From a bacterium (GTDB lineage Bacteria; Bacillota; Clostridia; Lachnospirales; Lachnospiraceae), in NCBI GenBank assembly GCA_023664305.1, contig JAMPFT010000012.1:350-64349 (forward strand): DNA of 64,000 bases, read 5' to 3'. The notes below the pieces were generated by a model. It made no database searches. It had not been told where the DNA came from and saw nothing but the letters and a program-made list of their open reading frames with translations. Position 1 is the stretch's first letter; the number at the start of each line of letters is the position of its first letter. A program made the translations under genes and the position numbers. Shown here one piece after another: positions 34,308-44,713 of this stretch.

Positions 34308-34450
34308 CAGAGACGTAAGACTTGCGGGATGAAAACAGTTTTTGCTAACCGAAGGGTCGTGCTGAGAAAGGGTTGAAGCCGGCGATAGAAACAAACCGGC
34401 AGCGAATGGCAGCTGTAAAGTCCCACTGCCTAAAAGGAGCGGATAAAGCC

Positions 34451-35197
34451 ATGACAATACACGAATTTGGAAAAGAAAATGCGGAGAGTATCCTTCTGAT
34501 TCATCCGTCTGCCGTAAGATGGGATTACTTTGAGTCTGTGATCCCGCTTCTGGAGAAGAAATACCATTTGATCGTACCGGCGCTGCCGGGTTACGACCTG
34601 GAGGATGAGGGTGATTTTACAAGCGTGGAGCAGATAGCGGCTGAACTGAACGCATGGCTTCAAAAAAACGGATATGAGAGGCTGTATGCGGTTTACGGAT
34701 GCTCTATGGGAGGCTCCGTTGCGTTGATGGTCGCTCTTGGGAACGCGGTTCGGATTGACCGTTGCATCATGGATGGCGGCATCACGCCATATCAGCTCCC
34801 GTGGATTGTTACCAGACTGATTGCAGTCAGGGATTTTACCATGGTGATGCTTGGAAGATGGGGAGGCGTGAAGCTCCTGAAGAAAGTATTTTCCACGGAT
34901 GATTATTCGGAAGAAGAGATCAGGTATGTGGCGGATGTCCTGAAGCACAGCAGCAGGAAAACCTTATGGCGGACATTTGATTCCTGCAATAATTATAAGG
35001 TTCCAAATCCGATTCCGAGGATATCCGCAAAAATCCATTACTGGTATGCGGACGGGGAAGAAAAGGAAAGGGCATGGGACATCAGATACATGAGGGAGAG
35101 GTTTCCGGATACAGAGTTTCGGATTTTGCCGAAGCTGGGTCACGCGGGGCTGGCTTTGCGGAAACCGGAGCTGTTTGCGGATATGATGGAGGCGTGA
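34451..35197 (+). CDS. alpha/beta hydrolase
   Basis: YGCSMGG nucleophile elbow, LGHAG. Confidence 0.85.
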   Translation: MTIHEFGKENAESILLIHPSAVRWDYFESVIPLLEKKYHLIVPALPGYDLEDEGDFTSVEQIAAELNAWLQKNGYERLYAVYGCSMGGSVALMVALGNAVRIDRCIMDGGITPYQLPWIVTRLIAVRDFTMVMLGRWGGVKLLKKVFSTDDYSEEEIRYVADVLKHSSRKTLWRTFDSCNNYKVPNPIPRISAKIHYWYADGEEKERAWDIRYMRERFPDTEFRILPKLGHAGLALRKPELFADMMEA

Positions 35198-35944
35198 ATG
35201 GAAATAAAAAAGTTTGGCAATCCGGAGGGGAAAACGGTGATGCTCCTGCACGGAAACTTGATGTGCTGGAGGCAGTTTGAAGATGTGATTCCGCTTTTGG
35301 AAAAGGAATACCTTGTTTTTGCGGTCAGCTTTGACGGGTTTGACGGTACGGGAAAAACGACATACACAACCGCCGGGAACCAAGCGGAGCAGCTGGCAGA
35401 ATACATATCCGAAAACTGTGGCGGCAGGCTGGATATGCTGTTTGCGGAATCCCTTGGATGCGGGCCTGCCGTACTGCTGAGCGCGATAGACAGGGTGGAT
35501 ATTTGCCATATGATTTTAAGCGGCCCTGAGTACCTGGACTATGGCGTATTCAACGGACTGTTGCTGAAAGTTATGCCCCAAAAGCAATATAAGACGGCAA
35601 AGGAGAAGACCATGCCGGCATGGGCGATGAAGTTCATGGGGCAGACGGAAGAGGGGTTTAAGCTGATGATGAGCAGGATTCCCGACAACATCAGCCTGGA
35701 ATCCATACATGCGACATGGGAAGTAGGATTAAACCTGTATAGAACCGAGATTCCCGTCAGACCGGAAGCAAAGGTGGCATGCTGGTATGGTGAAAAGGAA
35801 GGTCATATGAAAAAAGCGATTGAAAAGCTGAAAGCGGCGTATCCCCGGCTGACCGTCCGATGCTTTCAGGGATACGGACATGGAGATATTATAAATCATC
35901 CGCAACAGCTTGCGGATGAAATGGTTCGTCTTATGAATCAGTAA
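35198..35944 (+). CDS. alpha/beta hydrolase
   Basis: LLHG, FAESLGC, YGHGD. Confidence 0.85.
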   Translation: MEIKKFGNPEGKTVMLLHGNLMCWRQFEDVIPLLEKEYLVFAVSFDGFDGTGKTTYTTAGNQAEQLAEYISENCGGRLDMLFAESLGCGPAVLLSAIDRVDICHMILSGPEYLDYGVFNGLLLKVMPQKQYKTAKEKTMPAWAMKFMGQTEEGFKLMMSRIPDNISLESIHATWEVGLNLYRTEIPVRPEAKVACWYGEKEGHMKKAIEKLKAAYPRLTVRCFQGYGHGDIINHPQQLADEMVRLMNQ

Positions 35945-35980
35945 AGAAACGCAACCATGGCGCTGCTGTTAAAGAGGAGG

Positions 35981-36046
35981 ATGAATACGGTTGTCTATAT
36001 TCCCGTGGCGGCGGTCATTGCAAAGCTTGCGGTTATGATCTGAAAA
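35981..36046 (+). pseudogene. relic of the 3' end of the 44088-44567 membrane gene
   Basis: 35987-36046 matches 44511-44570 at 57/60 nt. Confidence 0.85.
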
Positions 36047-36072
36047 ACAGAGGAGAAAGAGGAGCAGATATT

Positions 36073-36720
36073 ATGACGAGTGAGGAATACAAAAAGCTGT
36101 CGCTGAAGGAATTTGACCGGGCAGCGGCTAAATTTGATGACAATGACCCAAGCGTTTACAATTTGTGCCGCAAAGATTATCCGGATGTAGTGGCGGAAGT
36201 GGCGAAGGAGCCGTTTTTGGATCTGCTGGATGCCGGCTGCGGAACAGGGGCGATGCTGTGCATGTTTCAGAAAGATTATCCGGATAAAAATTACACCGGC
36301 GTGGATCTGTCGGAAAAAATGATAGAGGTGGCAAGGGCAAAGCATAGGAAGGAAATACGTTTTGTTGCGGGGGACTGCGAGAATCTGCCTTTCCCGGACA
36401 ACAGCTTTGATGTGGTCACCTGTTCCATGAGTTTCCATCATTACCCGAATCCGGAGCAGTTCTTCAGAAGCCTGCGGCGGGTGCTGCGCCCGGGAGGAAG
36501 GCTGATTCTTCGGGATATGGCCGCAAACAGCAGCCTGGTGATGTGGCTTGTCAATCATATTGAGATGCCGGTGCTCAATAAAATCCTGCGCAAAGGGGAT
36601 GTTCATGCTTACACAAGAACGGATATACAGAGGCTTTGCGATGCAAGCGGCCTGAAGCTGGAACGGTATGAGGTAAGAAAAGGCTTCCGCCTGCACTGCG
36701 TAGTCAGGAAGCCGGGCTGA
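36073..36720 (+). CDS. class I SAM-dependent methyltransferase
   Basis: LLDAGCGTG, GVDLS, GDCENLPF, SFHHYP, LRPGG. Confidence 0.9.
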   Translation: MTSEEYKKLSLKEFDRAAAKFDDNDPSVYNLCRKDYPDVVAEVAKEPFLDLLDAGCGTGAMLCMFQKDYPDKNYTGVDLSEKMIEVARAKHRKEIRFVAGDCENLPFPDNSFDVVTCSMSFHHYPNPEQFFRSLRRVLRPGGRLILRDMAANSSLVMWLVNHIEMPVLNKILRKGDVHAYTRTDIQRLCDASGLKLERYEVRKGFRLHCVVRKPG

Positions 36721-36779
36721 GTTTTGCGCAGATTAAATGGGAAAAGGAAAGAAAGCACAGCGGAGGAGGTAAAACGGAT

Positions 36780-37271
36780 ATGAAGGTGACTTTGATTTTA
36801 TCATTGACGCTCATGGCATTGTTCTTTCTCCTGCTATGGGCGGCGGTTGCGCTGGTGCAGTCAAAAAAGCTTTTCGGCACTGCGCCAAAGGATATACAGG
36901 CGGCTGTTCTGGAGCATGAGGAACGCTTTCCGGGAGCAAGGCTGCTGGGGTGGGCGATCCTGATTATGGATGTGCTTGCGTTCCTGTTTGTATTTGTTTA
37001 CGCAGGATGGGACGGTATCAGGAGCGGTTACGGTCTTTGGCAGTTTGCGGCAAGATTCCTTATCATGCTGTATCTGTTGAAAGCGTTTGATATCATTTTC
37101 TTTGACTGGTTCCTGCTCACAAAGTCCCGTTTCTTCCAGCATTATTATCCCGAGACGGAAGGGTGCGCGGGGTACCGGCAGTTTGGATTTAACCGGAAGG
37201 AACAGCTTACGAAGATCATACTGTTTCCGTTTGTGGCTTTGCTGCTGGCCTGGATCTGCACGCTTTTGTAA
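36780..37271 (+). CDS. uncharacterised multi-pass membrane protein (paralog of 37367 and 44088)
   Basis: Four hydrophobic segments; APKDIQ, FDIIFFDW, PETEG. Confidence 0.75.
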   Translation: MKVTLILSLTLMALFFLLLWAAVALVQSKKLFGTAPKDIQAAVLEHEERFPGARLLGWAILIMDVLAFLFVFVYAGWDGIRSGYGLWQFAARFLIMLYLLKAFDIIFFDWFLLTKSRFFQHYYPETEGCAGYRQFGFNRKEQLTKIILFPFVALLLAWICTLL

Positions 37272-37366
37272 CGGTTCAGGACAGATCGGAGCGTTTGGTG
37301 CGGAGAACGTAAGAATAGGATTCGATAGTACAGGCTTTGAAAAACAGGGAAATTGAGGTGGAGCAG

Positions 37367-37867
37367 ATGAGCATGGGTATTATCATTGCGGAAGCGGTGA
37401 TATTCAGTATTTTATTCACGGTTATGGGTTTTGTGACAACCGGGAAGAAATCCAAACTGCAGGTACATAACTATCCGCCTGAAATACAGGAAGAATATTT
37501 TAAGACGCATGAGCGGATAGCGGTACAGCCGTTAAGCGGCAGGGTAATTGCCCTAAAATCAGTGGGGATTCTGATTTTCACGGGAATCCTTGCGGTATGC
37601 GCCTATGTGGCAGGCGCGGAGACGTTCGCGGAAGGTTTCGGTCTCGCGTTCGGGTTGATGGCCTGGATCGGCGCGTATGACACGTTCTTTTTGGACTGGG
37701 TGCTTTTTGCCAATATGAAACGCTTCCGGCTGGAGGGGACGGAACACATGGATCAGGAATACCGGCAAAAGTGGTTCCATGTGAAAGGGATGCTGTTTCC
37801 TGGCATTGTTTTTGCTCTGATCCCGGCTGTATTGGTTGGAGCTATTGTTTCATTTTTGCCAAAGTAG
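37367..37867 (+). CDS. uncharacterised multi-pass membrane protein (paralog)
   Basis: NYPPEIQ, YDTFFLDW, LEGTE. Confidence 0.75.
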   Translation: MSMGIIIAEAVIFSILFTVMGFVTTGKKSKLQVHNYPPEIQEEYFKTHERIAVQPLSGRVIALKSVGILIFTGILAVCAYVAGAETFAEGFGLAFGLMAWIGAYDTFFLDWVLFANMKRFRLEGTEHMDQEYRQKWFHVKGMLFPGIVFALIPAVLVGAIVSFLPK

Positions 37868-37895
37868 AAACACGGCAATGGAACATTGCTGTTTC

Positions 37896-37941
37896 GGGGC
37901 AGGCAAAGCGGTTATTGTGATTATGGGCGGGGAGAAAAGCA
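37896..37941 (+). pseudogene. relic of the 5' region of the 44714 hydrolase gene
   Basis: Matches 44780-44825 at 44/46 nt. Confidence 0.85.
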
Positions 37942-38009
37942 CCGGATCTGGTATAGGTTCCGGTAGATTTTGAGGAGAGGGCAGGCAGGAGAAGGGAGTG
38001 CAGGAAAGC

Positions 38010-38926
38010 ATGGAAACAAAAGAACATCAGCATCTTAAGGGCGATGAATCAGCCTGCCGGTTTTCGGAGGAATTAAGCAAATTTCAAAACGCGCATCCAT
38101 ACAAAAATACAAAAGTGGACGGCGTATCGGTAGACTATTTATTATGCGGCAATGAATGCAGCCGTGTCACGCTAATATATCTTGTGGGCGGGACGGGATT
38201 TTCCGTTGTGTGGTTCAACCATATGAAACGCATGGAGAAGGACTATCGGATATTGACCTTTGATTATCCCATGGAAATAAACGATATGGAACAGCTGGCG
38301 GATTTTTGCGTGAAGCTGATCGGTCATCTGAAATCAGAAATCCCGTCTTTCTGGGCGCGTCGTTGGGCGGAATATTGGCGCAGCTTATTATGAGGAAATA
38401 CCCCGATCAGGGATCAGGCTTTGGCCTTTATTCTACCTGCAGCCTGGCGGAGAAGAGCCTGAAGGGATTAAAAAAACAGTATTCCTCATACAACGTCCTG
38501 CTTGCGCTGATGAAGGTTCTGCCGTACAGCTGGATCCGTAAAACGCTGATTGCCACGTCAAAGAAAATGGTCGGATTGGAGAACGAAGCGCAGGAAGACC
38601 GAAAATACATGGAGGACTTTTTTACATGGGTATATGAAAACTATACGAAGGAGCTTGACATTCATATGACTTCGCTTATGGTGAGCCTTGCGGGGATAAA
38701 TCCGATTACAGGCGAGGAATATCGGAGGATGGACAAAAACGCGCTGCTTGTCCTTCCCACTGACGATAAGGCTTTTCCGGAGGAAGCGCAAAGGGAACTG
38801 ATCCGTTGTCTGCCGAATGGGATGATTGCGAGAGTGAGTGGAGGGCATACCGCCGTGCTGTATAAAGTGGATAGCTTTGTGGAGAGTACACGGAGATTTC
38901 TTGAAACGGTCAGCGGCTTATCTTAA
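38010..38926 (+). pseudogene. alpha/beta hydrolase split by a -1 frameshift
   Basis: ORFs 37998-38393 and 38306-38926 join as HLKIRNPVFLGASLGG if one A is added at aaa 38331-38333. Confidence 0.8.
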
Positions 38927-38998
38927 GGGTGAGGATTAGCCGCTTTTAGCGGAAAGAGATGCCGTAAGCATGGGAAAGAGGAAACGAGGAGGATTTAC

Positions 38999-39727
38999 AT
39001 GAATATTTTAGAAATCAGCAATCTGAAGAAAAGCTATCATGATCTCACTGCCGTGAACGGCATAAATCTTGCTGTCGGGGCCGGAGAAATTCACGGGATT
39101 CTGGGGCCGAACGGCGCCGGTAAATCGACCACGATGAACTGCATCTTGGGGCTTCTTCCCTATGAAGGTAAAATTACCTTTGCCGGCGGTAAAAGCATTA
39201 AGGAATGGAATAAAAATGTAGGTTATGTCCCGCAGGATCTGGCAATTTACCCTGAGCTCACGCCAACGGAAAACATTCGGTTCTTTTGCGCTCTTTACGG
39301 GTTCAAGGGCGGGGAGCTGAAAGAAAGAGTTGCAAAGGCTTTGGATTTTGTAGGGCTTACCGATGTGAAGGACAAAAAAGCGGGTGAGTTTTCGGGCGGT
39401 ATGAAACGCAGGCTTAATATGGCGTGCGGAATCGCACACTCGCCAAAGCTTATTATCATGGACGAGCCGACTGTCGGTATTGACCCGCAGTCCCGCAACC
39501 GCATTATGGAAAATGTCAGGGAGCTGAACCGTCAGGGTGCGACTGTCCTTTACACGACGCATTATATGCCGGAGGTAGAGGAAATTTGCTCCAGAATCAC
39601 GGTCATAGATCACGGGAGCATCGTTGCGGAAGGAACAAAAGACGAAATCATGCATAAGGCTGGCATGAGCGATGCCTCTATGGAGCAGATTTTCTTACAG
39701 CTTACAGGCACGGAGCTCAGAGACTAA
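38999..39727 (+). CDS. ABC-2 type exporter ATP-binding protein
   Basis: GPNGAGKST, FSGGMKRR, MDEPTVGIDP, YTTHYM. Confidence 0.92.
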   Translation: MNILEISNLKKSYHDLTAVNGINLAVGAGEIHGILGPNGAGKSTTMNCILGLLPYEGKITFAGGKSIKEWNKNVGYVPQDLAIYPELTPTENIRFFCALYGFKGGELKERVAKALDFVGLTDVKDKKAGEFSGGMKRRLNMACGIAHSPKLIIMDEPTVGIDPQSRNRIMENVRELNRQGATVLYTTHYMPEVEEICSRITVIDHGSIVAEGTKDEIMHKAGMSDASMEQIFLQLTGTELRD

Positions 39728-39737
39728 GGAGGACAAT

Positions 39738-40814
39738 ATGGGTGTAATTCTATGCAAAGAGCTGAAAAAATATTTCAGCAATAAAGTAAATATCCTTTTT
39801 CTTTTTCTGCTGCCGGTTCTTTTTGTCACCTTTTTCTCTTTTGCTCTGGAGAATTACATAGACAGCGATTATGACACCTTTGAGGATGGAAAAATATTTT
39901 ATTACACGGAAGATGCCGATGCCGGACATCTGGAAAAATTCGCAGAGATATCAGAGAAAATTACTTCTTCCACGGGAGTTGCTTTTGAGGAAGTAAGCGA
40001 CTTTGAAGCTGCAAAAAAGGATGTTGAACAGAGCAAGGCGTTTGCCGTGATCCGTATCACGGCGGGCGGCTTTGACTATTTCCGTTCGGAATTTAATGAG
40101 CCTGTCGGCGGGGAAATTATCCGCAGTATGTTTCTGCGGTTATCCGACAGCTATGAAAATCCATCAGATGAAGTTATCATAATGGAAAACAATAGGAACC
40201 TCAAAAAGACCACCTCAAAGATTTACTATACCTTTGCGGCGGCTGCCTTTCTCATCCTGTTTATGGCATTCCTCACCTCGATGAGCCTCATTGAAGAAAA
40301 GGAGCTTGGGACCGATATCCGTATCCGTATTTCCAAGATTGGCAGCGGCGGCGTCCTGCTTGCAAAAGCGTTTGTATCAATCTGCGGAGGAATAGCGGAA
40401 ATTATCATTATCTATCTGTACTCCCACTTTGTGATCGGCGTGGAATGGGGCGGAAATCTTCCGCTGATTTTCCTGGTTTTACTGCTTTTGATCGTATTTT
40501 CAACCTCCTTAGGGATCATGATCGGAACCTTCTGTAAAAGCAAAACCGTCGCACAGGAAACCTCGCTGGTGGCGGGGTTGATGTGCGGTTATCTCGGCGG
40601 TTCCATTACGCCGGCTTATCTGATGGAAAATATGCCGGTTCTGTGTCATGTGATAAAGCTGAGTCCGCTTTACTGGACAAATAAAGCGCTGATCAGCCTG
40701 TATAATGACATTGTTGACAAGAACACGGCATACAGCGCCGCCGTGCTTGTGGCGCTGTCAGTGATATGCATCGCAGCTACGCTGAAAAAGAACAGGGAGG
40801 TGCGTCATGCTTAA
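39738..40814 (+). CDS. ABC-2 type exporter permease
   Basis: N-terminal TM, large extracellular loop, EEKELGT, LSPLYW. Confidence 0.85.
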   Translation: MGVILCKELKKYFSNKVNILFLFLLPVLFVTFFSFALENYIDSDYDTFEDGKIFYYTEDADAGHLEKFAEISEKITSSTGVAFEEVSDFEAAKKDVEQSKAFAVIRITAGGFDYFRSEFNEPVGGEIIRSMFLRLSDSYENPSDEVIIMENNRNLKKTTSKIYYTFAAAAFLILFMAFLTSMSLIEEKELGTDIRIRISKIGSGGVLLAKAFVSICGGIAEIIIIYLYSHFVIGVEWGGNLPLIFLVLLLLIVFSTSLGIMIGTFCKSKTVAQETSLVAGLMCGYLGGSITPAYLMENMPVLCHVIKLSPLYWTNKALISLYNDIVDKNTAYSAAVLVALSVICIAATLKKNREVRHA

Positions 40815-41817
40815 TATTTTCAGGAATACGTCAATCTATCTGCTGCGTGACAAGGAGTTTGTAAAGTTTATCACAATCATGCCGACCGTACTGTTTCTTT
40901 TGATGACGGTGCTTCTGCCCTATTCTGACGAACACAATATCGGCGTTGTGAACAGGCTCGGCGGGGAAGGAGAAAAGTATCTTTCCGCGCTCCGCGCGGT
41001 GGAGGGCTATCAGGTTTTTGAATATGAGGAGGATGAAATTCAGTCAAAGCTTGTAGGCGGCAATGTTGAAATGGCGGTTATTCTGGATGAGGCAATTCTT
41101 ATCACAACGCTTTCCGAGAGCGAAATATACGGCTCGGTGGAGCTGCTGCTACAAAACGTGGGGGAAGACAGCCCTGCGTCGGAGGTCAGCATCAACGAAG
41201 TTCCGAAGAAAACGCTCTCGGTGAAAAACATACTTCCCTTTATGCTGTTTAAGACGCTGACAGCCTCCTCGCTGGTAGGGGCGCTGCTCATTAACGAAAA
41301 GAAGAACCGCATCCGTGACAGAATCCTTTTAAGCGGCGTCGGAACAGGGAAATATATCCTCGGGGTTTCAGGCGCGTATCTGTTTTTTTCCTGCCTTGGT
41401 TCAACCATATTCTTTTTCATTGCACAGATTGCGCGTTTTGATTTCGGACTGAAAAATGACTTTGGGTTTCTGTTGATGCTGTTTTTCACAAATCTTCTCA
41501 GTGTCAGTATCATGGTGTTTGCATCCTCCATGCTCAAAGAAGAGGAAAGCCTGTGGATTGTGGGAAGCGCGGTTCTTATGCCGATGGGACTTTTGTCCGG
41601 CGTTTTGTTCCCGTACGACACAATGCCTAAAGCCATGAAAATAGCTGCAGATTTCTGCCCGCAGCGCTGGATTGCGGCAGGCATAGAACGGATGCAGCAG
41701 ACGGGAAGCATTCTGTCCGCCTATCCCCAAATGCTGACGGTAACAGGCTTGGCGGTAATCTTCATGGCCTGCGGTATTTTGATTTCCGGGCGAAAGTCTG
41801 GGAAGGGATATGCTTAA
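40807..41817 (+). CDS. ABC-2 type exporter permease
   Basis: INEKKNRIRDRI, SGVLFP, FCPQRW. Confidence 0.85.
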   Translation: MLNIFRNTSIYLLRDKEFVKFITIMPTVLFLLMTVLLPYSDEHNIGVVNRLGGEGEKYLSALRAVEGYQVFEYEEDEIQSKLVGGNVEMAVILDEAILITTLSESEIYGSVELLLQNVGEDSPASEVSINEVPKKTLSVKNILPFMLFKTLTASSLVGALLINEKKNRIRDRILLSGVGTGKYILGVSGAYLFFSCLGSTIFFFIAQIARFDFGLKNDFGFLLMLFFTNLLSVSIMVFASSMLKEEESLWIVGSAVLMPMGLLSGVLFPYDTMPKAMKIAADFCPQRWIAAGIERMQQTGSILSAYPQMLTVTGLAVIFMACGILISGRKSGKGYA

Positions 41818-41866
41818 AAGCGCGCCCGTCGTTATCCCGGACATGATCTGCTTATGACAGGTGATG

Positions 41867-41951
41867 TAATGAGCGCAGAGGAAAATGAAGCGGCTGCGAA
41901 GCAGGCGGTAAAGCGATGAAGGCGCGGGTTTGCGAGTTAAGATGATATAAT
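41867..41951 (+). repeat. dispersed repeat element (short form) ending in an extended -10
   Basis: Matches reverse complement of 6113-6266 minus 69 internal nt; TGaTATAAT at 41943-41951. Confidence 0.85.
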
Positions 41952-41976
41952 AAAAGGGGAGTAGGAGGATTATGGG

Positions 41977-42693
41977 ATGAGATCAGGAAGAAAGGAAAGG
42001 CATGAAAAAATCAGGAACGCCTATAAGAGCCTCGGCGGCGAGGCAACCTTTTATGACGGGATGATCACCTGTTCCACGCTGCCGGGGAAAGCCATCTGCA
42101 GGCTGGTGTGGAACATGGATAAGAAGAAAAATGACCGTTATCTGCAGATGGCGCTCTCCGGCATCCCGGAGGGCTTTTCCGGCCGGATGCTGGAGGTGCC
42201 GGTGGGGACAGGCGTGCTGACCATGCCGGTGTATGAGACGCTTGGCGGCGCGGACATCACCTGTTTAGACTACTCTGCGGACATGATGGAGCGGGCAGAG
42301 CGGCAGGCTCAAAAGAGGGGGCTTAAGAATGTCCGTTTCTTACAGGGAGATATCGGGAAGCTGCCCTTTGAAGACGGCAGTTTTGACCTTGTGCTGTCCC
42401 TGAACGGGTTTCACGCTTTTCCTGATAAAGAGGCGGCGTACAGCGAGGTATTCCGCGTCCTGAAGCCGGGCGGGATCTTCTGCGGCTGCTTTTATGTGAA
42501 AGGCGAGAACCGGCGGACGGACTGGTTCATTGAGAAATTATATACGCCAAAAGGATTCTTTACGCCGCCATACGAGACCGTGGAGAGTCTGAAAGGGCGT
42601 CTGAAATCTATGTACCGGAAAGCGGAAGTTAAATCCGTGGAGGGCATGGCGGTTTTCCGGTGCAGAAAGGGAAAGGCGGATGTTTCCGGTTGA
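41977..42693 (+). CDS. class I SAM-dependent methyltransferase
   Basis: LEVPVGTG, LDYSADM, GDIGKLPF, VLKPGG. Confidence 0.9.
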   Translation: MRSGRKERHEKIRNAYKSLGGEATFYDGMITCSTLPGKAICRLVWNMDKKKNDRYLQMALSGIPEGFSGRMLEVPVGTGVLTMPVYETLGGADITCLDYSADMMERAERQAQKRGLKNVRFLQGDIGKLPFEDGSFDLVLSLNGFHAFPDKEAAYSEVFRVLKPGGIFCGCFYVKGENRRTDWFIEKLYTPKGFFTPPYETVESLKGRLKSMYRKAEVKSVEGMAVFRCRKGKADVSG

Positions 42694-42747
42694 AAATAAA
42701 TCGGAAGAAGAAATTGCGGAAATCGGCAGGAAGAGGAGAAGCAGCTT

Positions 42748-43233
42748 ATGGAAAAGAAGAAACACCTTCCGATGATGGGAGTGGGGCCGGTTTATGTTGC
42801 AGTGATTATTGCCGTCACTGTAATCGCGGTGATCGTGGGAAGAAGTGCGGCATTTGAAAAAGGCAGGGTTCCATCCCTGAAAATCCCGCTGCTCATCATG
42901 GGGATTCTGCTGATCCTGTTGGGAGTGTATCTATGGGCGGGGGCGATGTTCCGGTCAAAGATAGACAGTCATATTGCGGAGAACAGGCTGGCAACCACCG
43001 GTGTTTATGAACTGGTGAGAAATCCGATCTATTCGGCTTTCCTGTTTTTGTGTACGGGTGCGCTTATGATTGCGGGGAACGTGTTTTTTCTGCCTTTGTT
43101 CTTCTTTTATTGGATATTTATGACGGTATTGATGAAATGCACGGAGGAGCGGTGGCTTAAGAATCTGTATGGCAGGGAATATGAGGAATACTGTAATAAG
43201 GTGAACCGGTGTATCCCATGGCCATTGAAATAA
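42748..43233 (+). CDS. isoprenylcysteine carboxylmethyltransferase / PEMT family membrane protein
   Basis: LATTGVYELVRNPIYS, TEERWL, YGREYEEY. Confidence 0.88.
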   Translation: MEKKKHLPMMGVGPVYVAVIIAVTVIAVIVGRSAAFEKGRVPSLKIPLLIMGILLILLGVYLWAGAMFRSKIDSHIAENRLATTGVYELVRNPIYSAFLFLCTGALMIAGNVFFLPLFFFYWIFMTVLMKCTEERWLKNLYGREYEEYCNKVNRCIPWPLK

Positions 43234-43256
43234 TCAGGTAATTTTGGAGGACAGCT

Positions 43257-44072
43257 ATGAAATTTTTTGAATTTGGGAAAGAACACGAGAAGCTCATGGT
43301 AATGCTGCATGGCGGCGGAGTAAGCTACCTTGGGGCGGTTCCGGTAGCTGAATGCGTGGCGAAAAAATTCCACGTTGTGCTGGTGGCTTACGACGGATTT
43401 AACCCGTCCGAGCCGGAGAAGGAATTTACTTCCGTTATGGATGAGGCGGAGCAGATTGCAGAGTATGTCCTGAAAAATTATGATGGGAAGATTGATGTGC
43501 TTTACGGGGTATCCTACGGCTGCCGCGTCCTCAATGAAGTGCTGCGGGATAAACGGCTGACAATCACCACAACGATTGCGGACGGTTTCTCCACGCACGA
43601 GTATCCGGACATCAAAAGCGAGTGGGGAAAAGATCTGTACTGCTTTTTCTTTACGGGATTTTTTTATGCTGTCATGGGGCGCGCGGGGAAACGGCGCAAG
43701 AAATTTATTGCTAAAATTACCGGAAGGACTTACGAGGAAGCCGAGCGGATCATCTATACCAAAGCCACATGGAACAGCTGGCGCAACCAGGACCGCTGCC
43801 TGATTGGACATAAAACGGATTATGAAGCATTCAAAAATACGGATATGTACATATGGTACGGCATCGACAGCACGGTGGAGCGCAGACTTGCAAAGAATAT
43901 AAAGCAGCTTCAGGACGCAGGGTATCAATTCACGCTCAAAATATTTAAGGATGTGGGGCATGGCGGGCTTGCGGGCGAGCAGCCTGACCGCTTTCTTGAA
44001 GAAGTGGAAAATGCACACGCACATTCGCTGAAAAAGGCGAAGAAAGCAGCGGAGCGCACGGATTTATGGTAA
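43257..44072 (+). CDS. alpha/beta hydrolase
   Basis: MLHGGG, YGVSYGC, VGHGG. Confidence 0.85.
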   Translation: MKFFEFGKEHEKLMVMLHGGGVSYLGAVPVAECVAKKFHVVLVAYDGFNPSEPEKEFTSVMDEAEQIAEYVLKNYDGKIDVLYGVSYGCRVLNEVLRDKRLTITTTIADGFSTHEYPDIKSEWGKDLYCFFFTGFFYAVMGRAGKRRKKFIAKITGRTYEEAERIIYTKATWNSWRNQDRCLIGHKTDYEAFKNTDMYIWYGIDSTVERRLAKNIKQLQDAGYQFTLKIFKDVGHGGLAGEQPDRFLEEVENAHAHSLKKAKKAAERTDLW

Positions 44073-44087
44073 AGGAGCTAAAGTGAT

Positions 44088-44567
44088 ATGGTTTTTGCTT
44101 TGCAGCTATTCATTTATCTGGTATTTTTCACAGCCTGCATAAAGCTGCTGGTCTTAAATGATCCGGTGAGAGGAATTTTCTTTTATCCGAAGCCGGTACA
44201 GCGGCGGGTTTTTGAAATGGGACTGACAACAGAGAAGGAAGCGAAAAGACGCAAGAGGATATTTTTTACCGTGCTTGTTTTGGGGATTGTGATCCTGCCG
44301 GTGATATTGATCGGATGCTGGAGCGGCATTTCCGATTTTAGGACTGCGTTTCTCCGTGCGGTTATTTTCCTTGAGGTAATGAATTGGTATGACGGCATCG
44401 TGGTGGATGAAATATGGGTGAGGTTTGACAAATTCTGGGTAATAAAGGGCACAGAAGGGATGTCCCATGTAAAGAATCTGAAGTTTGTTTTAACGGAAAG
44501 GCTCATAATGACGGTTGTCTATCTTCCCGTGGCGGCGGTGATTGCAAAACTTGCGGTTATGATCTGA
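44088..44567 (+). CDS. uncharacterised multi-pass membrane protein (paralog)
   Basis: FYPKPVQ, WYDGIVVDEIW, IKGTEG. Confidence 0.75.
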   Translation: MVFALQLFIYLVFFTACIKLLVLNDPVRGIFFYPKPVQRRVFEMGLTTEKEAKRRKRIFFTVLVLGIVILPVILIGCWSGISDFRTAFLRAVIFLEVMNWYDGIVVDEIWVRFDKFWVIKGTEGMSHVKNLKFVLTERLIMTVVYLPVAAVIAKLAVMI

Positions 44568-44573
44568 AAATTT

Positions 44574-44679
44574 ACAAAGTCCCGTTTCTTCTGGCTTATA
44601 CCGTTTCCTTTTGTGGCGTTATAGCGGGGTGGACCTGTATGCTTTTTTAGAAAACAGGGAAATCGAGGTGGAACAGATG
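44574..44679 (+). pseudogene. collapsed relic of the 36780-37369 region
   Basis: 44574-44591 identical to 37119-37136; 44598-44649 similar to 37218-37271; 44651-44679 matches 37341-37369 at 27/29. Confidence 0.8.
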
Positions 44680-44713
44680 CGGTGTTTTTGTAATGTGATA
44701 AGGCGGGCGGAGA

